Part shown: positions 25,730 through 36,496 of the stretch, piece after piece
Layout: the number at the start of each line of letters is the position of its first letter
How positions within the stretch are numbered: position 1 is the first letter of the stretch
Virus record (IMG/VR): IMGVR_UViG_3300034170_000057
Origin: a virus
Lineage: Duplodnaviria; Caudoviricetes
Direction: 5' to 3' (one strand)
Length of the DNA stretch: 64,000 nucleotides
Notes under the pieces: model-generated
Told to the model about the DNA's origin: nothing
What the model saw: the letters and a program-made list of their open reading frames with translations, nothing else
Databases searched by the model: none
Program-made: the position numbers and the translations under genes

Positions 25730-26142
25730 GCCTTAGTACCGCTCTGGATGGGATCGAAAGCATCCTGACCATTATCAAGAAGGGCGATGCGCCGCCTGAG
25801 AAAAAACTCGAAGCAATTAAAGACTTGGGCGAGATTTTGCGCAACGATATTCAGGATTTGGCCGACGCTGTTTACTCGGACTACGTACCTGAATTGCCGC
25901 CGATTTCATTCGACATGGAACTGGCGGTAAAGGATCTTCTCGAAGCCTTCCGTAAACAGGTATACAACAACCTCTACTGCTACTACGATTTGTCGCCATT
26001 CAGAGACGAACCCGATCCATACGTGCGTGTCGCAATTGCAACTGCGCTTGTGAAATATGCGCAGGAACAAAAACGCGAACCGAACTCGACGTGGGCCGCG
26101 ATCATCCAAACTGAAGGCGTGATTTCCGAGGGTGACGAATGA
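25726..26142 (+). CDS. hypothetical protein, 138 aa
   Basis: ATGA overlaps at both ends. Confidence 0.65.
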   Translation: MSLSTALDGIESILTIIKKGDAPPEKKLEAIKDLGEILRNDIQDLADAVYSDYVPELPPISFDMELAVKDLLEAFRKQVYNNLYCYYDLSPFRDEPDPYVRVAIATALVKYAQEQKREPNSTWAAIIQTEGVISEGDE

Positions 26143-29100
26143 ACCGTGCAATGTGGAAACAGAATCCAATCGCAGACGTGCTGCGTAAAAAACGTCTGGA
26201 ACTGCAACAGCAGGACGAACTGGCCGAACAGCTTGCCGCCTACGCCCGCGCCAATGGCGAAGACGATGACGAAAATGATGATGAAAACGATGACGGCGAT
26301 GACAGTTCCGAATTCGTAAAATCTATTCGTACCATTTCGCTCGAACCTGCGCGCAACATGGAATACGAATCCTTTTTCTATCCGAAAAAAGAACGTAACT
26401 TCTTGGTTCCTATTCTGGAATCGTTGAGCGACGTTACCGCAAATATCAACTTGTTTTTCCGGTTCATGCGTCTGTGCATGCAGAGCGCCAACCAGCTGTC
26501 GCAGTACAGTGAAGAGCAAGTCGAAGCGCGAATCTCTTCGATTTTTGTGCAGATTTTCCAATCGAAACGTACCTCCAGTTCTGTCGAACAGGACGTGGTG
26601 GCTTTCCTGCGTGCATCGCGCCGGACAGCGCATTCGTTTCACAACGTTTACCGTTCGAAGCGCTACAACGAAGGCCTCGATATCGTTTTGATGGGTGCAG
26701 GTGCTGACCCTGAGAAAGAAGGTCTGCCCGCGCCTTACTTCGGTGTGGAAGACTTCAAACTCGGTCGCAGCGAATATCTGGAAAGCAACAACACGCACCC
26801 GATGACGGATTTTGCCCGCCGTGGCAAATGGCAGTCTCCAATCGGTGAACGCATTATCGCCGCCGCTCGTGAAATCCACATGTTTTTGTGGGGCACCGTT
26901 GCCAGCAGCGAACGCATGATCCACCGTGGCATTCCGTTGAATACCAAATTCAGCGATATTGAACGCATTTGGGTGAAGAACACTGGCCTGAAATTGCCGA
27001 CCGCTGGTGAACTCATTACCGACATGGTAGTGAGCAACCCGTTTGCCGAACAGTTCCTGCAAATCGAAGTAATCAAGCAGCCAAGTCAGGCTGTGAAAAC
27101 CTTCACTGAAAAAGTTCGTAATACACGGCCAGCATTCAACGAACAGCAGTTGTCGCCCACCGCGATCAATTCGAAAATCGAAGACGCGTTGAACGGTGCT
27201 AATCCGAAAATCAGTCCTGAATCGGAATTGCTGAACGTTACGCTGCGTGCCTCGATCCGCTTCACGTTGGAATCCGACGTGGCGCATTTCGTTTCGCAGA
27301 CTCCGGAAAGCGCACGCCCTTCGCTGACCCGCACAAACTCGTGGTTCTCCCTGTACATCGCGCAGGTTCTGCGTGCCAAAGTATCCGGCACCGGTAAGGC
27401 GTACAAAGTCACGAACACTTCCGCAATTCGTATGGAACACATTCCGCGTTATGCCACCAGTGCATCCACGCTGAAACGAGTCCCTGCGCTGCGCGAACAG
27501 TTTGGCTACGTCGTCGAAAAAACCAAAGGCAACGCGGAAAACATGTTCATCACGCCGCAAGGCACGATGGCCGTTCGCCCAAGTATCGACGCACTGCAAA
27601 AAACTACGCTGGCTGAAGACTTCGAGAAAACTTCCGAAGAACTTCTGGAATTGCTGAGCCGCAATGAAATTCCACTGGCTGCTTTCCAAGACGACTACCG
27701 CGCCGAGAAATGGCCGTGGGTTGACGCGCAAGATTTGGAACGCATGCAGGAACTGGTAAAAGCACTGGATAACTTCGCAGGTTGCTCGCTCGGTTTCGAT
27801 TGGGATTTCGGGATCAACATTCAGGCAACTTCCACACCGGGCCGTACCATTACTTCGACTTCGGTCGGATCGGTAACGCCGGATTCTTTGGCTATCGCTG
27901 ACTGGCTTGGTTTTAACCTTGCCAACGAAGGCGAGAAACCAATGAAGCGTTCGTTTTCGCAGTCCATGTACACCCTGAGTCACGGTGAACATACTGCGTG
28001 GGCGTACAAGCGCGCAGAGGAACTTTACGGCGCAGCTGACGATCACCTGAAGTTTGCAAAAAGTGGCCTCGTTACGAATCTGGTCAATCTCTACATGCGG
28101 ATTGCCTACGTCGATAACAAAGCGCCACAACTTCCGGAATTGTTGGCCGGTGCAATGCGTGCCCTCAACTACCAGAAATTGCCGACCGAACAAGGTTTCG
28201 ATTTCAGTCAGGATTACACCAAATATCTGACGCAAGAAGGCACGTTGATCGACCGCCACAAGGGCAACGTTCGCGGGATTATTCTCGGCCTGCTGGAAAC
28301 AGCAATGGACATGGCGAGCGGCGCACAAGGCACGCACCTGTGGAATGAAACTTTCGAGAATTTGCGCAACGGTGATAAAACTCCGCGTGCATCGGAAGTC
28401 TCGCTAGAACTGGAAAACCATCCGGACTATTTCAACAGCACGATTTCGACCGCTGCTGAATTTGCCCGTCTGTATCGCTATTTCGGCGGCCAAGTTTTCA
28501 AGCAGATTCTGGACGCAATTAACAGCGTTGAAATCGAACACTTTGCAAACGCCAAGGGCGGCGAGCAAATTGTCGAACTGGGTGAAATGCCAGACAGCCC
28601 CGGTCGTCAGTATTCGATCAGCCTCACATTGCAGCCGAACGCCACGCTGTACAAAGACGTTCTGCCATTCGCTGTAATGCTTGGGAAATACGCGCCGAAC
28701 TCGGAAACGATTTTCGCGGAAGCAGCAGAGCAAGTTGAGTCGATTAAACCTGATCCGTCGTTTAGTTCCGACGATATCAAGTTCCCCGGCATGATTGGCG
28801 AAGACCGTGCGATTTTCCCGCACCAAGAAGACGTGCAAAGTTCGCTGCGTAAAAAGAATCCGCCAAACTTCGCGATTCTGGCACTGGCTCCCGGCGGTGG
28901 TAAAACCGGCCAAGGCATTATCGACATTGCTTGCCTCATGGCAGACATGAAAGAAGCGGGCCTCGTTGTACGTCCGCTGGTGATTTGCCCGAATGGTCTG
29001 ATCAACACGTGGTGCGAGGAAATGAAATATTTCCAAGGCGCCAATTGGAACGCTTTCCCGATCAGTTCCGACGTGCTGTCGCGCTGGACTGCCAAGAATG

Positions 29101-32100
29101 CACCGGGTGAAAAATTCCTGAGTGATCTTGCGGTTAACGCGCCACCGAACACGATTTTTATCAGTTCGATGACTTTCATTCAGGGCCGGAACACTCGCGT
29201 TTGTATCGGTAATGCGCAGGTTAACTTCTCGCAAAACCTTGAGCTGGTCCGTCGCCTCGGTTGCAACTATGTGGCAATCGACGAATCGCACAACCTGAAA
29301 TCTTTCAAATCTGCGCGTCACCGTGCGGTAAAAATTCTGACCTCCTCGACCACCGTCAAATGGCTGCGCCTGCTGACTGGTACGATCATGCCAGACCGTG
29401 CGAAAGATATCGAAGGGCAAATCGCGTTGAAAGCACCGCACGTTTTCCGTGCTGGTGATATCGCGAATATCAAGCCCGATCAGGAAGCGGAAAAAGACAG
29501 CGGCCAAGTGAAAATTGGTGATCGCATCATTACCACTTTTACACCGTTGAACGGTAAACGTGCGGTCGATAAACTCGGTCACTATATTTCGTTTATCGTG
29601 AAAGAGAAAAAAGACTGGGCCTACATGCTGCCGTCCGCAATCGAACGTTTTCACCCGGTTCCAATGGTGGACTATGAGGGTTCCGACGGTACGAGCGCGG
29701 TAGAAATCGAACAGCAAAAACTGCACGAACAGCTTTATCGTTTGGTACTCGACCGCACGTTGGAAGAAATGGAACCTTTGCTGCGCCAGAAAGCGAAAGC
29801 TGAAAAGCTCGCAGATAAAGGCGACGGCGACGACGAAGAGGACGAAGACGATAGCGACGGTAAAGGGCCGGATACCACCGATAACGACGCTGACTTTGCT
29901 GGCGACAAAATCAAACAGAAATTGTGGGAGAAAAACATCGCGCGTTTTGAACGCCTGATTATCTGCCCGCAGGAAGACGAAGCCTACGACGAAGTTTTCG
30001 GCTCGATGGGTGAAGGTTTTGTTTCGCGAAAAGCGAAGTACATCGCGAACCTGACTGCGCAACACTTTAACCCGCAGAAATGGAAACGTGGCGAGCGTTA
30101 TATCGAACTCGACCTCGTTGATTTCGAAGGTCAGCTGTACGTCGCACGAAAATATAATCCGGGCGAAACTCGTGTTGCAATTCCGGATGGTGCGAAGGGC
30201 AAAACCCCAGTCGAGGCTCCAGATTATTGGAAGCCGGAACCAAAGGGCAAGCTGATCATTATCACGCGTTACAACGCAAGCGCACGCGCAATTTACGAAG
30301 CGCTGCCGTCGAACTACCAGTCGATGGCTGTGAAATTCACCGGTGATGAACCGGATCGCGTGAAGGCTTTCAACGATTTCAAAACTGATGATCGCGTACA
30401 AATTCTGATCGCGAACGAACAAGGCATGTCCGAAGGCCATAACCTTCAATTGGCAAGCCGGATGATTCGTGCGGAAGCCCCGTGGGGGCCGGGTGCATTG
30501 GCTCAAACTGCTGCGCGTGTATGGCGTCCTGATGCGAAGGGTGCAATTGCAGCGGCGAAGGGTGAAGGCGGTCTGACCCGTGACGTGGTTTATCTGGATT
30601 GGGTACTCGCTGACAACACTATGGAAGTGCCGAAATTGGCGCGTGTTATTTCCAAGACTTTTGGTGTTGCACGAATCACCGAAGCATCGAATCCGTTGTA
30701 TCAGGAATTGTTGGCTTCCGTGGTTGTTCCAACGGAAAAAGAAGACGCACGTTTGTCGCTTAGCGTGGATATGCTCGCTTCCACTGCTGGCCTCGACGAC
30801 GAACCTTTTAACGAAATGGAAGACGCGTATCGTCGCCTCAACGCCGTCGAATCGAAAGAGTTCGCAGAAATGCGCAACACGATGAAAGCGGATATGTTGC
30901 CGATTGAAGGCGCTCCAAATCTGGAAGGCTCGGCGCGTATGGAACTTGTTCCTTTCGTTGCGAACCAGCCAATCCCCGACCAAAACAATTGGGGCCTGTT
31001 GAACGTCGAAGTTCTGATGCGTGACGCGGAACTGTTGAAAAACTATCGCGAAACTCTTCGCACTAAACCGGTTGTTACGGAATGGGGCACAGGGCGTATC
31101 GTTGGGTTCAACACTCGTGGCGGTAAGCTGTCGAGTTTGATTGTGAACTTGAAAAACCCACCATCCGGTATGGCTGGGCGTATCACCATTCAAACGAACA
31201 TGGCCTACATTGCACAACGCAATATCACGCCTGAGCAAGAAGCACGTTTCTTTGAAGTGTCGCTCGCTGGTACGGATACCGAAGAAAAACGCACAGCCTC
31301 TCGCCAAAAACGTTTGGAGGATCAGCAGAAGAAACAAGCTGAAGCCGAAGACCGTGAAGCACGGATCAAGAAAAGTCAGGAAACCGACAAGATCCGCGTT
31401 ATCAAGAAAGAGGCGAAAGACGGCGCGGTTCGCGAAGACAACGAGAAAAAAGGTCGCCCAATCAACGAGGGTATTTACGATACTGGCGGTACGGTGAAAA
31501 TCGGCGGGGGCAAGAAACTCAAAGCCACCGACAACCCGAAAGTCGGCGTCGTTGTGGAACAGGAAGAATTCCCGGAAGAGGCAGCAGAGGTTCCGGAAGT
31601 TTCGCTGTATCCTGCCTACTACCACGGGTTCGCAACACTGGAAGCAATTCCAGAAGGTGGCGATCCGCAGTTGAAGAAAGCTGGCTTCCAATTTACTCCG
31701 GCCTTCGCGTATATCAACGTTTCGAACAAGAAGAAATTCCACGCGATCTACGATTGGGTTTACGAAAACTTCGAAGTGAACGACAAATTGAACGACTTGT
31801 TTATGTCGATCAACAACGCGTTCGACGAAGGTCAGAAAAATACCCACAAGTTGTGGTATCGCTTGGAACTGGCACCGGTTTCTGAATTGCCAGCGTTCTT
31901 CAGCGTGCAGAAACGCATGAGCAGTAATCGTCGGGCCATTCGCGTGTTCCCGATCTTTACCGAAGAACACGTGATGTTGTGCGTGGACTTGCGGACTAAC
32001 CCCGGCATCATCAAGCACATCGGCAAAGCTATTCCGAATGCTGGCGCCAAGTGGATGAAATCTGACGGTGAATGGATGTACTTCGGGAAGAATAAAACCG

Positions 32101-32210
32101 ACCTGAAATCCAAGATTGCCGAAGTCGTGCGCAGCGGCATTAGCGTTTCGAACAAAGATCAGGCTCTGAAAGAGTTGTCCGAACTGACCTTCAAATATAA
32201 AACCCGCTAA
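26139..32210 (+). CDS. giant SF2 (SNF2-like) helicase/translocase, 2023 aa
   Basis: Q-motif FPHQE, Walker A LAPGGGKT, Walker B VAIDESH, motif III LTGT, motifs V-VI SEGHNLQ...W.P....QTAARVWR. Confidence 0.85.
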   Translation: MNRAMWKQNPIADVLRKKRLELQQQDELAEQLAAYARANGEDDDENDDENDDGDDSSEFVKSIRTISLEPARNMEYESFFYPKKERNFLVPILESLSDVTANINLFFRFMRLCMQSANQLSQYSEEQVEARISSIFVQIFQSKRTSSSVEQDVVAFLRASRRTAHSFHNVYRSKRYNEGLDIVLMGAGADPEKEGLPAPYFGVEDFKLGRSEYLESNNTHPMTDFARRGKWQSPIGERIIAAAREIHMFLWGTVASSERMIHRGIPLNTKFSDIERIWVKNTGLKLPTAGELITDMVVSNPFAEQFLQIEVIKQPSQAVKTFTEKVRNTRPAFNEQQLSPTAINSKIEDALNGANPKISPESELLNVTLRASIRFTLESDVAHFVSQTPESARPSLTRTNSWFSLYIAQVLRAKVSGTGKAYKVTNTSAIRMEHIPRYATSASTLKRVPALREQFGYVVEKTKGNAENMFITPQGTMAVRPSIDALQKTTLAEDFEKTSEELLELLSRNEIPLAAFQDDYRAEKWPWVDAQDLERMQELVKALDNFAGCSLGFDWDFGINIQATSTPGRTITSTSVGSVTPDSLAIADWLGFNLANEGEKPMKRSFSQSMYTLSHGEHTAWAYKRAEELYGAADDHLKFAKSGLVTNLVNLYMRIAYVDNKAPQLPELLAGAMRALNYQKLPTEQGFDFSQDYTKYLTQEGTLIDRHKGNVRGIILGLLETAMDMASGAQGTHLWNETFENLRNGDKTPRASEVSLELENHPDYFNSTISTAAEFARLYRYFGGQVFKQILDAINSVEIEHFANAKGGEQIVELGEMPDSPGRQYSISLTLQPNATLYKDVLPFAVMLGKYAPNSETIFAEAAEQVESIKPDPSFSSDDIKFPGMIGEDRAIFPHQEDVQSSLRKKNPPNFAILALAPGGGKTGQGIIDIACLMADMKEAGLVVRPLVICPNGLINTWCEEMKYFQGANWNAFPISSDVLSRWTAKNAPGEKFLSDLAVNAPPNTIFISSMTFIQGRNTRVCIGNAQVNFSQNLELVRRLGCNYVAIDESHNLKSFKSARHRAVKILTSSTTVKWLRLLTGTIMPDRAKDIEGQIALKAPHVFRAGDIANIKPDQEAEKDSGQVKIGDRIITTFTPLNGKRAVDKLGHYISFIVKEKKDWAYMLPSAIERFHPVPMVDYEGSDGTSAVEIEQQKLHEQLYRLVLDRTLEEMEPLLRQKAKAEKLADKGDGDDEEDEDDSDGKGPDTTDNDADFAGDKIKQKLWEKNIARFERLIICPQEDEAYDEVFGSMGEGFVSRKAKYIANLTAQHFNPQKWKRGERYIELDLVDFEGQLYVARKYNPGETRVAIPDGAKGKTPVEAPDYWKPEPKGKLIIITRYNASARAIYEALPSNYQSMAVKFTGDEPDRVKAFNDFKTDDRVQILIANEQGMSEGHNLQLASRMIRAEAPWGPGALAQTAARVWRPDAKGAIAAAKGEGGLTRDVVYLDWVLADNTMEVPKLARVISKTFGVARITEASNPLYQELLASVVVPTEKEDARLSLSVDMLASTAGLDDEPFNEMEDAYRRLNAVESKEFAEMRNTMKADMLPIEGAPNLEGSARMELVPFVANQPIPDQNNWGLLNVEVLMRDAELLKNYRETLRTKPVVTEWGTGRIVGFNTRGGKLSSLIVNLKNPPSGMAGRITIQTNMAYIAQRNITPEQEARFFEVSLAGTDTEEKRTASRQKRLEDQQKKQAEAEDREARIKKSQETDKIRVIKKEAKDGAVREDNEKKGRPINEGIYDTGGTVKIGGGKKLKATDNPKVGVVVEQEEFPEEAAEVPEVSLYPAYYHGFATLEAIPEGGDPQLKKAGFQFTPAFAYINVSNKKKFHAIYDWVYENFEVNDKLNDLFMSINNAFDEGQKNTHKLWYRLELAPVSELPAFFSVQKRMSSNRRAIRVFPIFTEEHVMLCVDLRTNPGIIKHIGKAIPNAGAKWMKSDGEWMYFGKNKTDLKSKIAEVVRSGISVSNKDQALKELSELTFKYKTR

Positions 32211-32255
32211 TGGGAAAAGGGCCAAGGAAGGCCCAATTAGCGACGGGAGAAAATA

Positions 32256-32642
32256 ATGCAAACTGGTAAAGTTGAACTGATGGCACAGCAGGTTGTTCTG
32301 GCGTTCCTCGGTTTTTACACCGGGGCAATCGACGGCATTTGGAGTGACGCTACGATCCGTGCTAAGCGCGCTTTCGAATACGACGATTCGTATGTGCCGG
32401 GTATTCCACACAATGGTCTGCCGTTCGCACTGAATGAGAAACTGCCGAAGGGCCTGTACTGGGAGAAAAAGGTGCTGAATCATCGCAACCTTACCCCGGA
32501 AAAAATGCAGGAAATCATCAAGTCTCGTTCGCGCACTACGCCGACCGTAACACCAATCAATCCGCAGAAAAATCAGGGCCAGCAAAAGCCTGTCACGCCT
32601 GTGGAAGAATCGGAGAATTCCGATGACGATGCACAAGAGTGA
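32256..32642 (+). CDS. peptidoglycan-binding-domain (PG_binding_1-like) protein
   Basis: QQVVLAFLGFYTGAIDGIWSDATIRAKRAFE matches LQ..L..LGY..G.IDG.FG..T..AV..FQ; GGGAGA SD. Confidence 0.7.
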   Translation: MQTGKVELMAQQVVLAFLGFYTGAIDGIWSDATIRAKRAFEYDDSYVPGIPHNGLPFALNEKLPKGLYWEKKVLNHRNLTPEKMQEIIKSRSRTTPTVTPINPQKNQGQQKPVTPVEESENSDDDAQE

Positions 32643-33108
32643 AATAGCGTTACATTACGCTTACATCAAGTCCGGTGGAAAACACTATCGGATTCTGGCC
32701 TCGAACTTTCCCCAGTTGATTGCAGGCCATGAGACCTCGGATATTTTCGGTTTCTTTGGTTTGGGTTCTGGTGAATTTTGGGGACCGCGAATTGAAGGGC
32801 TGGAAGAGGGTGTGTCGGTTGTCGAGATTCCCAACACCGAAGGCGCTTTGATGTTGTGGCGGGAAAGTCCGCGCTTTATCGGATTCATTGATGCAGAGCC
32901 GCACCATCGGCCAATGGTTATTTTGAAAGGTGGTGACAAAAGCGTTTATGAACTTCCGATCAATTGGGAAGTGTACACACAGTTGGGCGACAAGCTGCTA
33001 GCCACTGATATGCTGCGCACGCTTAGCCGCCGCTGGTGCTGCTACCCAACGCCAGAAGAGTACGACAGTCGCCTATCGGATATTCTTCGATTGGTTAACC
33101 TGTTTTGA
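32623..33108 (+). CDS. hypothetical protein, 161 aa
   Basis: ORF track. Confidence 0.6.
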   Translation: MTMHKSEIALHYAYIKSGGKHYRILASNFPQLIAGHETSDIFGFFGLGSGEFWGPRIEGLEEGVSVVEIPNTEGALMLWRESPRFIGFIDAEPHHRPMVILKGGDKSVYELPINWEVYTQLGDKLLATDMLRTLSRRWCCYPTPEEYDSRLSDILRLVNLF

Positions 33109-33162
33109 AGCACCCGGCCCTCGTTTCCTATTGGATTCGGGGGCTTCTTCGTTGTTGGAGAA

Positions 33163-33173
33163 AACTGTAAATA
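33163..33173 (+). promoter_or_regulatory. motif A variant AACTGTAAATA upstream of the DNA polymerase
   Basis: Intergenic; ends 33 nt before the ATG. Confidence 0.6.
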
Positions 33174-33206
33174 TACCGTAGGCCTAATCCCCTAACGGGT
33201 ATCTCT

Positions 33207-36170
33207 ATGAAGTATGAATATGTAGAGTTTTCCCACAAGTATGGCAAGGTGCTGAAGCAGTACGACATTACCGGATTCGATAACGTTGAACTAGCCAAGC
33301 ACGTAACCAAAAAAGCTCGTGGCAAAATTCTGTTTGTGTTGGACTACATGCCGGGCGAGGCGTTGCGCAAGCGGCGTATTCTCGATGGGGCGACCGGCGA
33401 TCTTATGCAGAACCTTTTTTGGGCTGCCGAAGAGTATTACAAAGCGCCGAACAAGTTGGACGATTACAACTGGTTGTGCATGAGTTATCACAGCTTCAAA
33501 ACCGTCGGCGGTGCGCCGGGGTTTATGGAGATTGCACAGCAAGAATTCAAGAAGCGTTTGGAATACATTATCTCGGTTTACAAACCGGATACGGTTGTGA
33601 CGTTCGGGTCTGATCCGACCAAAGCAATCAGCGGCGATTTTATCGCGCAGCACAAAAGCGAACGTGGTGTTTTGTGGCAACACTTCTACGGGGTGCCGAT
33701 CAAAGCCAGCGTTACGGTGAAGGGCGACACTCACAAATTCAATCACGTATCTACCCTGTCATTGCGCTCATTGCAGAAATCCGATGACTCGATGGCAGCA
33801 GCCGGTTACGTGGCGCGGAACCTGACGACCTGTCTTAATGACGGCGAGTTGATGTACAAGATTCCGAAGTTGGATTATAAGATCGTGATGGTTGATACGA
33901 TCAAGAAATTCGACAAGATGTTGAAAGACATTACCAACGCAGAATACGTGGCAATCGACACGGAAACGCGAAATCTAAAACGGAGGAAAAACTACACGGT
34001 GACGTGGCAGTTCGCGACGGATGCGGGGAAGGCGTATATCTTGCCTTTCCTGCATAAGGACACGCCATTCCTCCCGAAAGAAATTCAGTACATCAAAGAG
34101 AAGTTGCGTGACTACTTCGAATATAAATCGAAGAACAAATACAACCTCTACGCAAACGCCGCGTTCGACCTGATCGCTGCACGTCGTGACCTTGGTGTTC
34201 GTTTCTTCAAATGCAAACTGTGGTGTGTTATCTCGGCGGAATTCGCCAAGGATGAAAACCACAAAGCGATTCAAGGTATCAGCGGGCGGAACTATTATTC
34301 GCTGCTGAATATCACCATGCAATATGGTTGTCGTGCTTACTACGAATCCGATTTCGGTAAGGAACAGCGCGCATTCATTGCGGACATGGATCTAGAAGGG
34401 CCTGTGCTTACGTACATGGCCCTCGACGTTATTGTGCTGCTACACATCCAGAAATTGCAGCTGAAGCAGGCCAAGAAAATTGGCTATAAGAAATATGAAT
34501 CGCTCGTTACTGAGCAGCTGAGTGACCAGATTCACACGCTCTCCAATCTTGAATACAACGGCTCCTATGTCGATATCGACTGGTTGTTCAAACTCAAGTC
34601 GAAAGATTCACATATTGTGCGGGAGAAAAACCGCGTAATTAAAGCGCTGTACGAATCGGAAGGTGTGGCGAAAGCGAACAAGCTGCTGGCGAAGAAAACC
34701 GGCGTGCCTGCCATGGGCCTGTTCGGTCGAACGAAAACGAAGCTGTTCAAGATCAATAAGGACGAACACAAGCAGCTGCTGTTCTTCGAAGTGCTGAAAC
34801 TCAAGCCGCTGACGATGAACAAAAAGGGTCAGGGCAAGATCGACAAAGACTTCCAAAAGAAATACGAAGACGTACCGGAAGTTAAGCTGTTTACCGAACT
34901 GACCAAGATCGAAAAACTCTACAACGCATACGTGAAGAGCTTCATTAAAAAATGGGGCGAAGACGAAGACTTCCGATTCGACCGCTGCATGCGTCCTCGA
35001 TTCGGTTATCTCGATGTGGTTACGGGTCGAACATCGGCACGCGATCCAACGTTGCAGACAATTCCGTCGCGTAGTGAAATGGGTAAACTGATTAAACGAT
35101 TGTTCATTGCACCGAACGGTCGAATAATTATCAAGGTGGACTACTCGGCGCACGAAGTACGATGCTGGTCGCTGATTTCCGGCGATGGCGCGGTAGCCGA
35201 TGCATTCCGGATTGGTTTGAAATTGCGTGAGAAATTCAAGCGCAAACCAACCCTCGACCTTGCCCAAGAAATTGACCTGAAAGGTGACGTACACAAAATC
35301 AACGCCGCGTTCTTCTTCCGTAAGAAAATTCAGGAAGTTGACAAGGTGATGCGTCAAGCGGTTAAGCAGGTAATTTTCGGTCTGATTTACCAGCAAGGCG
35401 CGAAGGGTACAGCGAAGTCGATTAATGCCACGGTCGAAATGGTTGAAGAGCTGACGACACAGTTCTTTAAACGCTTCCCTGTTGGCGGTAAGTGGTTTGA
35501 GAAGGCCAAGGCACACGCACGTAAGCACCTGTACGTGGAATCGCCTGTGGGCCGTCGTCGTAACCTGTGGGCGTTGATCACGCCGCAATCGCATGAGGAC
35601 TCCGGCAACATCCTGTCGCGTTCCGAACGGCAATCTGTAAATAGCCCAGTACAGGGCATGGGTTCTGATTTCATGATGACGGGTGCCCGCTGCATTGAAC
35701 GTCGCCGGTTTGAGCATTTCCAGAAGACCGGTCACTATCCTGATTTCATTCAGGCAAATAGCGTACACGACTCCCTTGAATTCTCGTGTGCATACGAAGA
35801 CATTTGGCTGGCAATTCAGATGATCGAAGAGGGCCTGACCAACGACGTAGAACGCGAAATGATCGCACGTCACGATTTCAAGTTTGATATCCAATTGGAA
35901 ATCGACTTCGAATTCGGTCACTCGCTCGATAAGTGCGAAGGTTGGAATTACGCTTTGACTGGTGATTTCAAGACGAAAGATAAATACGCATTCAACGAAG
36001 TAATCATGAAAACTCTTCGGGGTCAGCGCGACGATCTAGGTTTCGATCTTGATCCAAACGCCACGTTCAAACAAATCATGGCGCGCATGAAAGAGGACGC
36101 ACCGGAATGGGCCTTGAAACAGAAAAACTTTTGGACGAAACAGGGTGTGAAGATCAAGGCTACGGCGTAG
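33207..36170 (+). CDS. polA: family-A DNA polymerase with a 3'-5' exonuclease and an N-terminal UDG-like domain
   Basis: Exo I DTET, Exo II NAAFD, Exo III YMALDV; TGRTSARDPTLQTIP; motif A DYSAHEVR; motif B RQAVKQVIFGLIY; motif C VHDS. The ~210-aa N-terminus has a UDG-like layout (KILFVLD...I..YKPDTVVTFG). Confidence 0.92.
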   Translation: MKYEYVEFSHKYGKVLKQYDITGFDNVELAKHVTKKARGKILFVLDYMPGEALRKRRILDGATGDLMQNLFWAAEEYYKAPNKLDDYNWLCMSYHSFKTVGGAPGFMEIAQQEFKKRLEYIISVYKPDTVVTFGSDPTKAISGDFIAQHKSERGVLWQHFYGVPIKASVTVKGDTHKFNHVSTLSLRSLQKSDDSMAAAGYVARNLTTCLNDGELMYKIPKLDYKIVMVDTIKKFDKMLKDITNAEYVAIDTETRNLKRRKNYTVTWQFATDAGKAYILPFLHKDTPFLPKEIQYIKEKLRDYFEYKSKNKYNLYANAAFDLIAARRDLGVRFFKCKLWCVISAEFAKDENHKAIQGISGRNYYSLLNITMQYGCRAYYESDFGKEQRAFIADMDLEGPVLTYMALDVIVLLHIQKLQLKQAKKIGYKKYESLVTEQLSDQIHTLSNLEYNGSYVDIDWLFKLKSKDSHIVREKNRVIKALYESEGVAKANKLLAKKTGVPAMGLFGRTKTKLFKINKDEHKQLLFFEVLKLKPLTMNKKGQGKIDKDFQKKYEDVPEVKLFTELTKIEKLYNAYVKSFIKKWGEDEDFRFDRCMRPRFGYLDVVTGRTSARDPTLQTIPSRSEMGKLIKRLFIAPNGRIIIKVDYSAHEVRCWSLISGDGAVADAFRIGLKLREKFKRKPTLDLAQEIDLKGDVHKINAAFFFRKKIQEVDKVMRQAVKQVIFGLIYQQGAKGTAKSINATVEMVEELTTQFFKRFPVGGKWFEKAKAHARKHLYVESPVGRRRNLWALITPQSHEDSGNILSRSERQSVNSPVQGMGSDFMMTGARCIERRRFEHFQKTGHYPDFIQANSVHDSLEFSCAYEDIWLAIQMIEEGLTNDVEREMIARHDFKFDIQLEIDFEFGHSLDKCEGWNYALTGDFKTKDKYAFNEVIMKTLRGQRDDLGFDLDPNATFKQIMARMKEDAPEWALKQKNFWTKQGVKIKATA

Positions 36171-36496
36171 ACGTAAGCGGCATGCGCATAACGGAATTTT
36201 CAGCCTCGGTGCATGGTGCGGATATCAACGATCCGCGCCTAGCTGACCTCTGCACATTCCTGCAAGCGCTGGTGTTTCGTTTGCAGGCCGTCGATACCGA
36301 TATGCCGGTCTACGCAACACAGGAATCCGTGGATGAGCTTCTGGATATTCTAGAGGCTCAAGTGGTCACGAAATTCAAATTGGTATTCGCGTGGGATGGT
36401 GTGATCGCCGTATGTGAGGAAACAGAAACCCTGAGCATGCTGATTCGAATGATCGGCTACGACCACGCAAACATTTTCGGATATACCCTACAATGA
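36107..36496 (+). CDS. hypothetical protein (start may be 36182)
   Basis: ORF track; ATGA overlap with the clamp gene. Confidence 0.5.
   Translation: MGLETEKLLDETGCEDQGYGVDVSGMRITEFSASVHGADINDPRLADLCTFLQALVFRLQAVDTDMPVYATQESVDELLDILEAQVVTKFKLVFAWDGVIAVCEETETLSMLIRMIGYDHANIFGYTLQ

Noticed and set aside
32221-32237. GGGCC-AAGGAA-GGCCC hairpin after the SNF2-like gene
   Set aside because: Only a 5-bp stem and no U-tract, too weak to call a terminator.
25983-32636. Very long minus-strand ORFs (784 aa and 1410 aa) opposite the SNF2-like gene
   Set aside because: Antisense shadows of a codon-biased + strand gene; the translations are F/V/R-rich with no motifs or SD.
33207-36170. Possible intein or intron in the polymerase (also checked by eye in the helicases and ligase)
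   Set aside because: No C/S...HN splice motifs or LAGLIDADG blocks seen; motif spacing is normal and the reading frames are continuous.
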